DNA of 63,850 nt, counting the filler, from Rhabdomonas costata (Eukaryota): NCBI GenBank assembly GCA_019059605.1. It is 51 parts of 51 records of this genome, joined end to end, with 100 filler letters (N's around TTAATTAATTAA, not from the genome) between each part and the next. Parts side by side here need not be neighbours in the genome. Positions count along the whole stretch, not along the records: positions 12,544 to 13,697 come from JAHMHO010025952.1; positions 13,798 to 14,951 come from JAHMHO010025953.1; positions 15,052 to 16,207 come from JAHMHO010025954.1; positions 16,308 to 17,461 come from JAHMHO010025955.1; positions 17,562 to 18,715 come from JAHMHO010025956.1; positions 18,816 to 19,971 come from JAHMHO010025957.1; positions 20,072 to 21,225 come from JAHMHO010025958.1; positions 21,326 to 22,476 come from JAHMHO010025959.1; 43 more parts are not named here. One strand, given 5' to 3'. Shown piece after piece: positions 12,896 through 24,969 of this stretch. The notes under the pieces are model-generated. The model did not search any database, was not told where the DNA came from, and saw nothing but the letters and a program-made list of their open reading frames with translations. The first letter of the stretch is position 1, and the number at the start of each line of letters is the position of its first letter. A program made the position numbers and the translations under genes.

Positions 12896-13690
12896 TGGAG
12901 GCCGCAAATGAAGTGAAGCTTTTTGTCGGCAACCTTCCCGAGAGCTGCACCCAAGAGCAACTGACACAGCTCATGGAGCCCTTCGGGCAGGTTTGTCCAA
13001 TTTTGCTAAAGACGCGTTTTGGGGCAGTCATTGTATGTTGGTATACTTCTGGTTTTGTCTCTATTCAATTATTATTTTGGATTTTAGACTCGCGTTGAAC
13101 TTCTCAGACCATTTGGTGAGCTGTGTGATGCGCAGTGCGTCTGCTTGCTTGTTCTTTCTTTGCCGTCTCAGAATGGCTCATGTATATGTGGTCTTTTTCG
13201 TCCGTGCCACTTTTCGTTTCGATGTGATGCGGGTTCAGTGTGCTAAGGATGGTCGCTTGCCGGTGCCAGCATTTTGATGGCTTTTCCGCTCAGATTACGC
13301 ACATGCACATGATGACGAACCCAACCTCCAGTGGGGCGATCTGCGCGTTTGTGGGTGTGCCGCCAAACCTCCAGCGCGTACCCGCACACACACATTCACC
13401 CGAACCCGAACCCACCCGCTGCCGTGCAGGAGGCCGCAGCGGAGACTAGCTGCCGCGAAAGCGAAGGAAGTCTATCAATGCAGCGTGAAACTCCCCTTCT
13501 CATCCCAAGGCAGAAAAATATAGAAGAGAGTTCTCCGTGCGAAAATGTTCAAGCGAATCTATTTTTCGAGAACACGTTTTTGTTTTGAGCGGGAAGACTT
13601 GGTGGTCTCCCTCATCGCAGAGTACGCTACCAACGGCCAAGCGCGGGCTGCGATTGAGGGGCTTCACCTGAAGCACACAGTGGAGCCAAC
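12896..13690 (+). CDS. RRM RNA-binding protein, CELF/BRUNO-like (exons 12896-12990, 13294-13354, 13621-end)
   Basis: RNP2 KLFVGNLP, RNP1 CAFVEY split by an intron, then ARAAIEGLH; two GT-AG introns in frame. Confidence 0.85.
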
Positions 13691-14335
13691 CAACCCCNNN
13701 NNNNNNNNNNNNNNNNNNNNNNNNNNNNNNNNNNNNNNNNNTTAATTAATTAANNNNNNNNNNNNNNNNNNNNNNNNNNNNNNNNNNNNNNNNNNNNGTG
13801 TTGGTGTCAAGGTGTTGCATTTCCGGCTTAAACTAGAGTCCCGCACGTTTGAGGTGAGGGCCAGAAGGAGAAGCACACCATTATACCATACCCCATCCTC
13901 GTATCATGAGCAAGCTAGGTTCCTCATTCCCCGGTTATGCAAGGGTTAGTTGGAATTGTTCCGCTGGGAAAAGCCATTCAAGCCCAGCGAAAGGCCTTGA
14001 ATGGTTCAACGTGCTGCTGCGCTGCTGAAGTCAAGGTTTTCCCCTCATTGGTTGGGCGCCACTCCTGTTGCGAAGACAGTTGAATGGGGGGTCTCATGAA
14101 GTGCAAAGTGCAGTCCCGCAGGTGACAGAAGGCATCCTCGACAAAACCAGGGTTCAGGGGGGTCCATGGGGACACCACTTTCTGGAGGGCACTTACATCG
14201 TTTTCGCAAGGAAAAACCAAAGACTACAATTTCAGTTTGTGGTGCTTCTCTGCGGCCGTGAGTTTATGGTGTGTGGCTTCAAAGAGAAGGGCAAGTAAAC
14301 GCAACATGACATGTGCTGTCAACCATCCCGTGCAG

Positions 14336-14519
14336 GACATCACCTCCTCGGACCCCTACGTCACGATTGCCGGAGAAGGGGCCAAGCCTTTGGTGCGTAC
14401 GAGGCACCGCAACTCCACACTGTCCCCGGTGTGGAACGAGACGTTCCAGCTGGAAGTCCCGGCTGGGCTGAGATACCTCACGTTCAAGCTGTGGGACCGC
14501 GACGGGGGCCTTCTTACAG
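14336..14519 (+). CDS. C2-domain exon
   Basis: DITSSDPYV...RTRHRNSTLSPVWNETF...LTFKLWDRD; AG/GT bounded. Confidence 0.9.
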
Positions 14520-15413
14520 GTCTGAGTGTGAGTGCACTTTCCAAGAGGGTTCGATTGTACTTGTATGTGATACGGTGATTGTCTTACCAGAATCAGACGC
14601 ACACTGGACTGAAGCGAGAACTCGACCGCCAAGGAGGACCCGCTCCCATCAAGGGAGTCGGCGCCAAACCCGTGCGGGTCATCACCCCCCACACCCAGAT
14701 GAGGATGTCTGAACTCGCCGAAGAAGTACACGACGCAACGAGCTGGTAAGCAGATATTTAGACGTTCCAGTGGGCAAAGGACGTTACAGAGGCGGCGACC
14801 GGAACGGCACTCTGTCCCCCTGACGCCCGCGTGACAGTGATCTAGGGAGGGGACACACCTCTCTGGCCATCCCCCTGCTCACAGCACGAAGGCAGGAAAT
14901 GCTCGCCAGAGAGGCATCTTCGCCTCCACTAACGCGATGTGTTTCCCCCACNNNNNNNNNNNNNNNNNNNNNNNNNNNNNNNNNNNNNNNNNNNNTTAAT
15001 TAATTAANNNNNNNNNNNNNNNNNNNNNNNNNNNNNNNNNNNNNNNNNNNNTGTGTTTGTTGTTATTTTTACCGTGCTTGCGGCGGCCTGTGGCTCTATT
15101 GCGCTTGATTCGCGGCAAGTTATGACAATCCATAATCCCGCGGGTGGGCTGTGCTTGGGTAACATATGTTGCGTGTGCCCAGTCATCGGAGGGCCGGTAC
15201 CCCATGAACCAGCCCAGTTCCTTTCACCAAGGTGTTCCTCATTTCAGAGGCAAACAGCCAGGACATCAAGGTGTTTCCGGGGACTAGTTTCCAGAGGTTT
15301 CATAGAGATTCCAGAGAGCCGACAAGGTGTGCGGAGACGAATCTCAGCCTCTCGTGAGCCAGCTCCTGGCCAAACGCTAGGTCAGGCTACCTATCCACAG
15401 CCGTGCGAGAGAG

Positions 15414-15416
<3 letters not shown>

Positions 15417-15452
<36 letters not shown>
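15417..15452 (+). repeat. (GA)n microsatellite
   Basis: Direct reading. Confidence 0.95.
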
Positions 15453-15454
<2 letters not shown>

Positions 15455-16339
15455 AGAGCAGAGTATGGCCAGGTGAGAGACGGATGACCGATAGAGTGAC
15501 AGTGGGGTGGAAGACCCCGGGTGAGACAGAGAGCCAGGCCATGGGAGGGAGGCCGCATGGAAGGGAATGCGTGCACACGACCCGACTGCAGCGATTCAGG
15601 TTATGTTTTCGGAGTTTTCGGAGTTTTTCAGAGGAAGAAGGATGCATCCACAGCGTTTTCCAGAGTTATCACAGGTGAAAGAGACGAGGAGTCGGAGATT
15701 TAAGAGGATTTTCACAGACAAGGCCTCAGGGGATGCAGGCGGAGAAGACGGACAGTCTGGTGTGTTACACAGCGGCAGTTTGAAAGGTGATGGTCCCTTC
15801 TTTTGTCTAGGATTTCAAAATTTACGTTAGGTATTGAAGAAATTCAAAAATCTTCAGGTCGCTTTGTTTTCCAGAGTGTTTTTCTCGTTGCTTTTCGCCT
15901 TTTGTTGTTACAGAGGTGCCCTAAAAGAATCACAGCAGAGCCGCAGGCCAGAGCCGAGCGGAGACCAGGAGGGCCCTGCAGAGGGTAAAGAGGCGGTGGG
16001 TTTGCAGAGCGTGTGGGGGTGGGAACGCTGCAGAGCTACACAGGACAGGGCGTGTGAGTCGTGTGCCACTTCCACATCCTTCGCTTTGGTTGAGAGATCG
16101 TGGAAAGGCATAAGCGGCGAGACCCTCCCAGCGGAACCCCTCCAAAAACCCAGAAGGTGTGAGCCCTAAGGCCCGACAATTCGACCCCACCTGTGTCCAG
16201 AGCAGCCNNNNNNNNNNNNNNNNNNNNNNNNNNNNNNNNNNNNNNNNNNNNTTAATTAATTAANNNNNNNNNNNNNNNNNNNNNNNNNNNNNNNNNNNNN
16301 NNNNNNNGTGTTTTGTTTTCCTGTCCTATTTCACCCCAG

Positions 16340-17461
16340 ATACATTCGGCTGCCTGGAAGTTGAGAGCTATGCACTGGACGCATTGAACGATGTCGACGA
16401 TATGCTGCCTGACCTGGAGTGCGAAAAGCTTCGACTTCCTCCTAATCCAAGCGGAATTCCAAAAATCGACTTCAAGAAAGGTTTAAAAGCTGCAAAGATT
16501 GATCCCGATATGGAACCGCTGAGTATATGTTTATGTCTTTCCGTATTTCCGTAGGAACCACGACCTTGGGATTTGTATTCCAAGGTGGAATCGTGCTTGC
16601 TGTTGACTCTCGAGCGTCAACTGGGCAGTTCATCGGTTTGTCTTGATTCGGTTGAGTTTTGCTGGGAGCCATTCGATTTGGACTGATTCTTTTTTCATTT
16701 CCTTTTCCAGCTTCGTCAACTGTCCTTAAGATCATCGAGATCAATGATTATTTGCTGGGCACTATGGCAGGTGTGTCAGTGAAGAAACCAGTACTGTTTT
16801 CCTGGCTGGAGAATGATAAAACGGGGAAGAACGGTGGTTTCCCTTGCCAGCGATGTAACTGCACCTCTGAAGGTATGTGAGCGGGATTGTCTTTGGTGCC
16901 GCAACAAATTGCGCGCAGGTGGTGCTGCCGACTGCCAGTTCTGGGAGCGTGTGCTGGGCCAGGAGTGCCGGTTGTGGGAGCTGAGGAACAAAGAACGAAT
17001 CACTGTGGCGGCCGCGAGCAAAATCTTGGCGAACATCACGTACTCCTATCGCGGCAAGGGGCTTTCGATGGCATGTTAGCGAGATGAACGGTTGTGTGCA
17101 GTAATTTTCCTTTGTTGTTGCTCAGCAAGCAACTTCAGGACTCACGTGCAGCACCTAACGTGTGGCTAACGTCCGGGTCCCAGTGCTTTTGTGTGCTTTT
17201 GTGTTTGTGAGTGAAATTGTCTACGGTTGTTTGCCCTGGATTCGGGACTGGGGTCTTGCTGTCTTTTATCATTTGCCGCGATCGCGATGCAAAGATTAGG
17301 TCGTGATTGCATTGGTGATCAACTCCACACCAAGGGACTCTACGCCCAGGCGATGAAGCTTGGCAAAGGGGGATAAGGGAATCAGAAATTTTTTTGTCTG
17401 ATGCATCCCGGTTTAGGGGACGATGGTTGCCGGCTCCGACAAGCAGGGCGTCTCACTGTAC
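16340..17461 (+). CDS. PSMB5: 20S proteasome subunit beta5 (exons 16340-16480, 16555-16635, 16711-16770, 16919-17070, 17417-17461)
   Basis: Spliced product [119 protein letters not shown] and KILANITY are the trypanosomatid-type variants as I recall them. Confidence 0.97.
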
Positions 17462-19022
17462 NNNNNNNNNNNNNNNNNNNNNNNNNNNNNNNNNNNNNNN
17501 NNNNNTTAATTAATTAANNNNNNNNNNNNNNNNNNNNNNNNNNNNNNNNNNNNNNNNNNNNGGGTTTGGGGAAGAGCACACTAGTCATCTGACTCTCATT
17601 GACCACACCTGGCTTCCCAGCCATATAACTAACCTACCAGAGTGGGTGAGCGCAGAGGTTTGCTTCAGTTCAGTTGAGTGCACTTGGAGGTTTCACAAGA
17701 ACCTCCCAAAAACCAGATGAGTGATTCCCCCACCGAGAAGCCCCGGGAGCCGCCACCAAATAGGATATGAGATTACAAACTTCGTTGCCAATTGTGAGGG
17801 CTGACCTTCTCATGCTCCCTCGCTTTCTCGCTCAGGGCTGTCAGACAACGTGATGGATGCCAGAGGTCCAGGCTCTGCTTTGCTGGATGGCTTGAGTGGA
17901 GTCTTCTCTCACTGATCGGGGCAAATTTCGATCTCCAAGGATGCACTTCTGTCCAAACCCAACGTCTTGGGTGGATTTCTGTATTGTATTGTGCAGACCT
18001 TTTGCACGGTTGTAAGGTTCACCGTTGCGGAATGAATTCGTGGCAAGTGCTGTGGTTAGGAAAAGCAAGCAAGGCAAATGCTGATTTCGCTCAGGGAAGT
18101 GCTTTTGCCATTTGCGGCTTGCCTGGCGGTGTTTCAACCATCCTCTAGGACGAGAGGTTTTGAACCCTCCGCCAAGCCTGAGTTCGTGTGCGTACTTTTC
18201 TTTTGCTGTCTCATCCCGACTTTGAAGGTTTAATGGGATTTATTTTGACGGGGCTAGAACATTCTCAGAACACTTTCATTGCTGAATACTGAACGCAAGG
18301 CATAAAAAGGGGGAAGGACCGTGGGAAGTGTAGTGAAAGGGAAGTTACCACCCCATTTGGTGAGCACTGACATACTCTGCTCTGCAAAGAGGAAGCGCGA
18401 TTGCTTACCGTTATGCGAGGAGCACCTCGGTGTACCATCTGCTGAGCGCCTTTCTTTTTTCTGAACCTGGCGACATTTTACTCTATCAAATGCTGGGCCA
18501 CACACACCTGGTGCACCTTTGTTGTGTCTTGGACAGCGCTAAATACAAATCCTCGGCATTGGTGCCTTCTTTGTTTCTCGAATCGTTTGCGACACAGAGG
18601 ATTTGTATTTGTCTTTCTCTGACTTTTTCGATTTTGTTTCCTTCATAGAATGGCTACCGCGGCTCCACCTTCCCGTGAGGTACACTGACTGCTCCTCATC
18701 TCTCCACCCCCACACNNNNNNNNNNNNNNNNNNNNNNNNNNNNNNNNNNNNNNNNNNNNTTAATTAATTAANNNNNNNNNNNNNNNNNNNNNNNNNNNNN
18801 NNNNNNNNNNNNNNNTTGGGGGGTATGACCCAAGCCCGGTTTGCGTGCGGCAGTCTGCTCCTGTTGCGGACATTTATAGGGCTGAATTGGAAGGGGGCAG
18901 TGCGGGGAGCTAGAGAGGTGTTTTTTCTGCAGTGGGATTGGAGAACGTGGCTTTCATTGGTTGGCTTCAGATAGATATTCGTGGGCAAGACGGCCCAACC
19001 CAACCCAACAGTGCCGTTGACC

Positions 19023-19054
<32 letters not shown>

Positions 19055-19786
19055 CCGGGGGTGCCATTGTCAATGATAACAATTACTGCTCGGAGACAAA
19101 ACGAAGTTTGCAGACAACCTCAAAGGTCCCGAGTCCACGTTCCCGGTTTAGCCAAAGCTCCGCGCTTCGAACCTGGAGCTCTGCCCACTCCTCAAAGCTC
19201 AGCCGATAGCACGCCCTCAGGGCATATTAGGAAGCTATATTAAAGTGGACTTTCACTTCAAGGAGGTCGAATTACGAAGCAAGGACCGCGACCTTTCTCT
19301 TTCTGCGTGCAAAAGCGTCTCCGCATTAATGTGCCCTTGGTCCCTTGGTCCGCCGGGTGGCTCCTACTTTCTTGAACGTTGACCATGGCCCCTAATGCAG
19401 CGGAGCGCCAAGCTTGTAACTCCCGATTCCCGGGGGATTTGTCGGAACGAGGGAAGAGGGGTGGGAGGTGGGGTTCAAAGAAGTTAGGCAGAAAGCAAAC
19501 ATACGCAAGCGCAAACAAACAGACCCAACTGTCCCTAAGTCAAAATTGAAACCCTGTGAGCTGCGGGGGAATCGGCTCTCCACACAACAGGACAGGAACC
19601 TCCGCCTGCCCCCGCGGGTCCAGACGTATGCAACGCTTTCATGCCAAAATTAGAGAAAACAAAAAACCGCCCCGAAAGCATATCCAGGCACTGGCAAATG
19701 CCAAGAGACATACCTGTACCCACGAAAGAAGACCTGGCAGCCACCAGCGGTGCCCCCACACCCTCGCTCTGGTTCTTCCATGGCAG

Positions 19787-19968
19787 CTCACCGCGGTGCT
19801 GTTCACAAAATCCCTGGTTGCCATTGGGGTGCTGGACCCCAAGGAAGATCTTCCGTGGATGACCAAGATGCAGATTGCGGTCTCCGATGTCGCCACCCTG
19901 GTGTTCGTCAACCGCAGCCTGCTGTTCAACACCGTGGGGACGTACCAGGTGCTGAAGTTCCTGAACAA
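19787..19968 (+). CDS. Nucleotide-sugar/triose-phosphate transporter family (SLC35E-like) exon
   Basis: LVFVNRSLLFNTVGTYQVLKFLN matches the N.SL..NSVG.YQ..K motif. Confidence 0.75.
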
Positions 19969-21345
19969 CCCNNNNNNNNNNNNNNNNNNNNNNNNNNNNN
20001 NNNNNNNNNNNNNNNTTAATTAATTAANNNNNNNNNNNNNNNNNNNNNNNNNNNNNNNNNNNNNNNNNNNNTGTTTGTTTGTGTTTCTCCCGCCTAGATA
20101 CCTCTTTTCACCAGCTAATGGGCCGGGTCTTGGGCGAAGTAGTCTCCTGAGTACCCTCATCCCCCTCGTCACCTTCCCTCCTTTGAAAAATGAGTCCCAT
20201 CACTTAGTGGATTCGTGGCAGACCATGTTGCAGGGTTGGTATGATTTTGGCCAAGTTGGTGTGCAGAATGCCTCTACCAATGGATTTCCCTGTCTCAGTG
20301 CTTTTGCGTGTTTCTGTTTTCCGAATAGGACATGTGCTTGTGTTCGTTCCCTCAGGGAAAGAATCAGTTCCTCTGCTACTACTGTGGTGCCCGATGGAAG
20401 GGCTCGCAGTTTTACCTCCAGTTCATCCCTCAGAAGAGCGGAAGGACCCGATAAAGTTCCCTGTCAAATGCCGGTTTGCCAATAATCCGAGGGATACAAC
20501 GTTTGCCCCGGTTAATATTCCATTATTTCTGGAATCTGGAGCTTCGAGCCGATGAGTATCGGGGTAGTGGTGCATGTACGATTAAAGTTTTGCTGTTGCT
20601 TTTGTTGTTTTTCTTCTGTATGCGCGTTACTTGCTCGCCACCGCGTTTTTTATTTCGTTGCCCCCATACGGTGGGTGAGCCTTGCTGGTTGCTCTCTCAA
20701 CGTCTTTGGCTTCTCACCAACACCTTTTCTTCTTTGCTCAACTTTGCTTGACCTCGCATTCCTTTTTTCCTTCAACGATGCTTCCTGTTTTTAAAAGGGC
20801 GCGAGTGTTTACGTCCTTTTAGATTGCTCTCCTCTTCACCCCGCTGTCCTTTTCTCGTATCACTCACTCACTTCTCCCGCACAGGGCCTGTACAGTACTA
20901 CTTTTCGAATTGCCCGTAAATCGTGGGTCTTGCCCTCCCACCCCCCTCCCTTCCTTTCTTCGATTCACCTTTCGAGTGCACTTCCTGACTTCTCGTCCAA
21001 TCCCTCTCCATCCTTGACTGGAGTTGGAGATCAATCTGTGAGGTCGATTCTTGCCCTTCGTGGGAAATCTCCTACCCGACGATTTGCTGTGCTAAAATTT
21101 CTGGGTCAACAAAACGGATTTGATTTCCTCCAAGTGGCGTTTTTGAATAAGTGGCAGGAATCGCCTAACGCTCTGGTCCCAGCATTCCAACATCTTTTAA
21201 TGTAAAATGTAATTTTCTCACAAACNNNNNNNNNNNNNNNNNNNNNNNNNNNNNNNNNNNNNNNNNNNNTTAATTAATTAANNNNNNNNNNNNNNNNNNN
21301 NNNNNNNNNNNNNNNNNNNNNNNNNGTTGTTTGTGGCCAGGCAGG

Positions 21346-22247
21346 ATGCCCGAAAAGCCAACCGCAGAAGAGGCGCAGCGCCGCATCGACTCCGGGGCCG
21401 TGGTCGCCATCCACTTTACGGCGCAGTGGTGCGAACCTTGCAAGGACCTGGATGCCGCGCTGGACCAATTGCAGGGCTCGTTCCCTGCAGTTCATTTCTT
21501 GTCGGTGTGAAACACCACTGCTTTTTTTCTTGCCTCTCTGCTTTTGCTTTCTTCAGCTTTGCCTTTTCCTGGTCCTGTCTAGGACCGTTTCGTAGTTGGT
21601 AACTCTACGCAACTCTCTCAAGCACTTGCCGCACTCCTTCCCCTTTCTGAGCAGCACGGCCTCACACTCAATTAAGCTAAGTCGCGGGTTTGGGGGGATG
21701 CTCCGCTGTTCCCTGGGGGTTCATTTTGCATCGCCTCTCTACCGTTCCGCTCTCTCAGGGTCTTACGGTTCTTGGCTCCTATGTCGAGCCTCCTACTCAT
21801 TTCAAGGAATACAGCTCAAAAAAGTTGGCGGGGTTTGAGGGGTTTTTGGACCGTCTAGTTGCGCTGCAGTGCCCCCAGACTGCTTTGATTTTACTGCGCT
21901 CCTGTGGTGCTTGCAAATTGTCTTACGCTGCACGCAACTTCTCTTCATCCCCTTTTTGAACCCTTTTCGATTGTTTTCCATCCTTCTTCCGTGTGAATAT
22001 GCCTCTTTGTGAGTCGTCGCGTTCGGTTCTTTGTTGATCTTTGGACAAGTGGGGTCTTCTTCGGTGTTTTTGTTTTGATCGTAATTATTTATTGGAGTAA
22101 CTTTCAAGAAAATTTTCAGCCTAGTTCTGAGGATTGCATTTCTTTATTTTGTCGATAGCGCTTTTAATTCAGGTGGATTGTGAGGTTCACCCAGCTCTTA
22201 CTGAGAAGTACAAAGTGGAATCTGTGCCTCATCTGCTGGTGTTCAGG
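21346..22247 (+). CDS. Thioredoxin domain, glutaredoxin-3/PICOT-like N-terminus (exons 21346-21504, 22173-22247)
   Basis: IHFTAQWCEPCKDL...VHFLS|VDCEVHPALTEKYKVESVPHLLVFR; GT-AG intron. Confidence 0.85.
21755..21945 (+). mobile_element. Fragment of a CRE/SLACS-like non-LTR retrotransposon RT C-terminus within an intron
   Basis: GLTVLGSYV...LVALQCPQTALILLRSCGACKLSYAAR resembles the G..VLG.P.....Q.A..LLR.C...KL.Y..R thumb region. Confidence 0.6.
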
Positions 22248-22617
22248 GTATGTTTCAGTGCATTTCCCCGTTTCCCAAGAACAGGATTCTCTGAATCGCC
22301 TTGCGCACTTGGGAGACCCTTTCTGCTGTGCAGGTAGGGTCCAAGGTAACCGAAATCGGGGAAGTCGGCTCATTGTTTGCGGGTGAAATACACCTCAACA
22401 TACACCCTCTCCTCAATACCGCAGACCGTCGCAGCCAACAAAGATCACAACACAAAAACAAAAGCTCCCAACCACANNNNNNNNNNNNNNNNNNNNNNNN
22501 NNNNNNNNNNNNNNNNNNNNTTAATTAATTAANNNNNNNNNNNNNNNNNNNNNNNNNNNNNNNNNNNNNNNNNNNNGGGGTTGGTGCAAGTGTACATACA
22601 GTTCAAATAAGTTCAAA

Positions 22618-23730
22618 AATTTATTACATTCACTCATCATTTCTTTGAAATATCTTTTAAATAATTCTTCAATTACAATTCCTGCTGTATCTACACGTTT
22701 ATTTATAAAACTATCTCGATCATCTGGTTGTTCTCTTTCTAATACACAATTCATTAATTTATTAATCATGTAGCATAAATAAAAAGCTTTATGAATTTTC
22801 GATTCTGTTATATGTGGTAAAAATTTCTTTTCTAAAATATCTAATAAATGCATTTTCTTTTGCTGTTGTTTAATATTCTTATCTGTTTCATTATATACCT
22901 TCATAACTCTTAATTTATTTGTTAAAAAATTAATTGCATCTTCTTGTGATGATATTTTAATTTTACTTTTTGATGTTTCGATTAATAATTTAACTAAATT
23001 AATCATATCAATATCATTAGGATCATATACAATTGCATTTATAATATCTCTATCATTTTCTATTCCTAATGCTTTTATCATAATAAAAACAGATACTTCT
23101 GATAATATCGGTACTAATAATGATAATACATTGTTCTTTTTTAATTTAAGAGCTATTATTTGTTTTATTCCTTGAGGATCATATGATTTTGAACTTATTT
23201 GAACTGTATGTACACTTGCACCAGCTTCTTTTTTTATAAATACCATTGGTTTATTCTCACATATTCTTTCAATTGAAATAACTACCTTTTCTGATCCGTT
23301 TACAATAAAATATCCACCGGCATCAAATATACATTCATCATCTATTCGTTTTGTTATTGTCAAATTACAGAATTTAGATTTTACCATAATTGGAACAATT
23401 GCAATAATTGTTTTTTCTGGATTTCCTACTGTTTTCACTTCTGTTACATTTGTATCAATGTCTATAATTTCTTGAACTTGTTTTACATTTACCATTATTT
23501 TTGATGCATAAACTAAATTTCTATTTCGTGCATCCATTGGAAACATTAATTCTGAATCTGATCCTATTACTGGTTGTCTTATTTCTGTATTTGTAAAAAG
23601 AAATTTGTATCTTATAATTTTATTTGTATCTGTTATTTTTTCATAAATAACGTGATTGTTTGACTCTAAATATTTGGGTATATCTTCATCCAAACATTTA
23701 TTGAAAGAATTAAGCAAATGTGCGTATAAA
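22618..23730 (-). CDS. rpb2: DNA-directed RNA polymerase second-largest subunit (Rpb2), Nucleocytoviricota/Mimiviridae-like, partial
   Basis: FPMDARNRNLVYAS, VPIMVKSKFCNL, ECIFDAGGYFIVNGSEKVVISIER, FLPHI, DDRDSFINKRVDTAG; intronless, very AT-rich and divergent from cellular Rpb2, unlike the host contigs. Confidence 0.9.
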
Positions 23731-24193
23731 NNNNNNNNNNNNNNNNNNNNNNNNNNNNNNNNNNNNNNNNNNNNTTAATTAATTAANNNNNNNNNNNNNN
23801 NNNNNNNNNNNNNNNNNNNNNNNNNNNNNNTTGTGTTGGCGATGCATATGGCACTCAAGTCATTTGGAAGGATCACCGTCCTGGACGCACGGTGAAAGTG
23901 CTGCTTCCTTTGCCTTGGGGTGCAAGACGTCACACCATACACCTTGACCAGGGTTGCCTGAATCATCTTCGAGAGGTTGGTAGAGATCTGAAAAGTTGCT
24001 GTTTTGTACAGTGTGCATGTTTTGTTGCAACTGGTTTTTGATAAGGCATTAAGATACTGGAAATTCTGTCACTCCGTGGGTTTAAATTGTCATTGGGTTT
24101 GTTTGGGGGCTGTCATCTCCGGAGCTCGATTTTGGGAATCCCGAAAGCTTGCCCTTTTGACTGGATGAAAGAATCCCGGAATTTTTATCGCAG

Positions 24194-24969
24194 GTACGTG
24201 GCCCGGAGGTACCACGCTGTCAAGTTCACCTTTATCGGGATCACAGACAACGGCTCGAAGCGGGTCTGGATTTCGCTTCCGCTAAAGTTTTGCTGGGTCC
24301 CATCCTTCTGCAATTTTGCACAGCCCATTGCGATCAAGGTCCGTTGAGATTGTTGTTGAATGGCCGGACTCGAGGCAATCCTTTTTTTTCGTCTCTGCCG
24401 TGGAACGACTGAGAGTGTTTTATGCCTTCGTGCCTTTTGTGTGAAATGAGACATTTTAGTTATCTCAGGCCTTAATGCGTCCTGACAGATCTGCTTCAAC
24501 GGCATGTTTTTGCCATCCAGGTTGCCCGAGATGTCTTCTGCAAGGACAAGGTCGCCGAGGCGGACGGTGCTTTTGACAATTACATCATGAAATGTGACTT
24601 TGAGGTATCCTAAACTGCTCCGAAAGAAAGGAGAAGAGAATGGAAACACACACTTCCCATCCGATGGACTACTAGATGCAGCAGCTTGGAGCTCCACCAT
24701 TTGGATGCCACAATTTCTTCAAGCCCGCACTGCACCTGGCCCTGAATCATTCGCCTAACCCAGAGATCTGCCTGACTTTTCATTGCGCGCTTGCGCACAT
24801 TACACGCCCTCCCCCCTCCCGCTTTTTGTTGCTCGTCCTATCTACGCCGGTGTTGGATGCGCAGGTAGTTGATGAGAACCACATGTACGTGATCTATCCC
24901 GAAGACGAGAACGTGGCCACGGAAATCGCAGCCATGGGCATTCAGCGGCGCAAAGAGGAGGAGGAGGCC
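24194..24969 (+). CDS. Unidentified spliced protein (exons 24194-24338, 24865-end)
   Basis: GT-AG intron joins YVARRYHAVKFTFIGITDNGSKRVWISLPLKFCWVPSFCNFAQPIAIK|VVDENHMYVIYPEDENVATEIAAMG in frame; coding-like codon bias. Confidence 0.6.
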
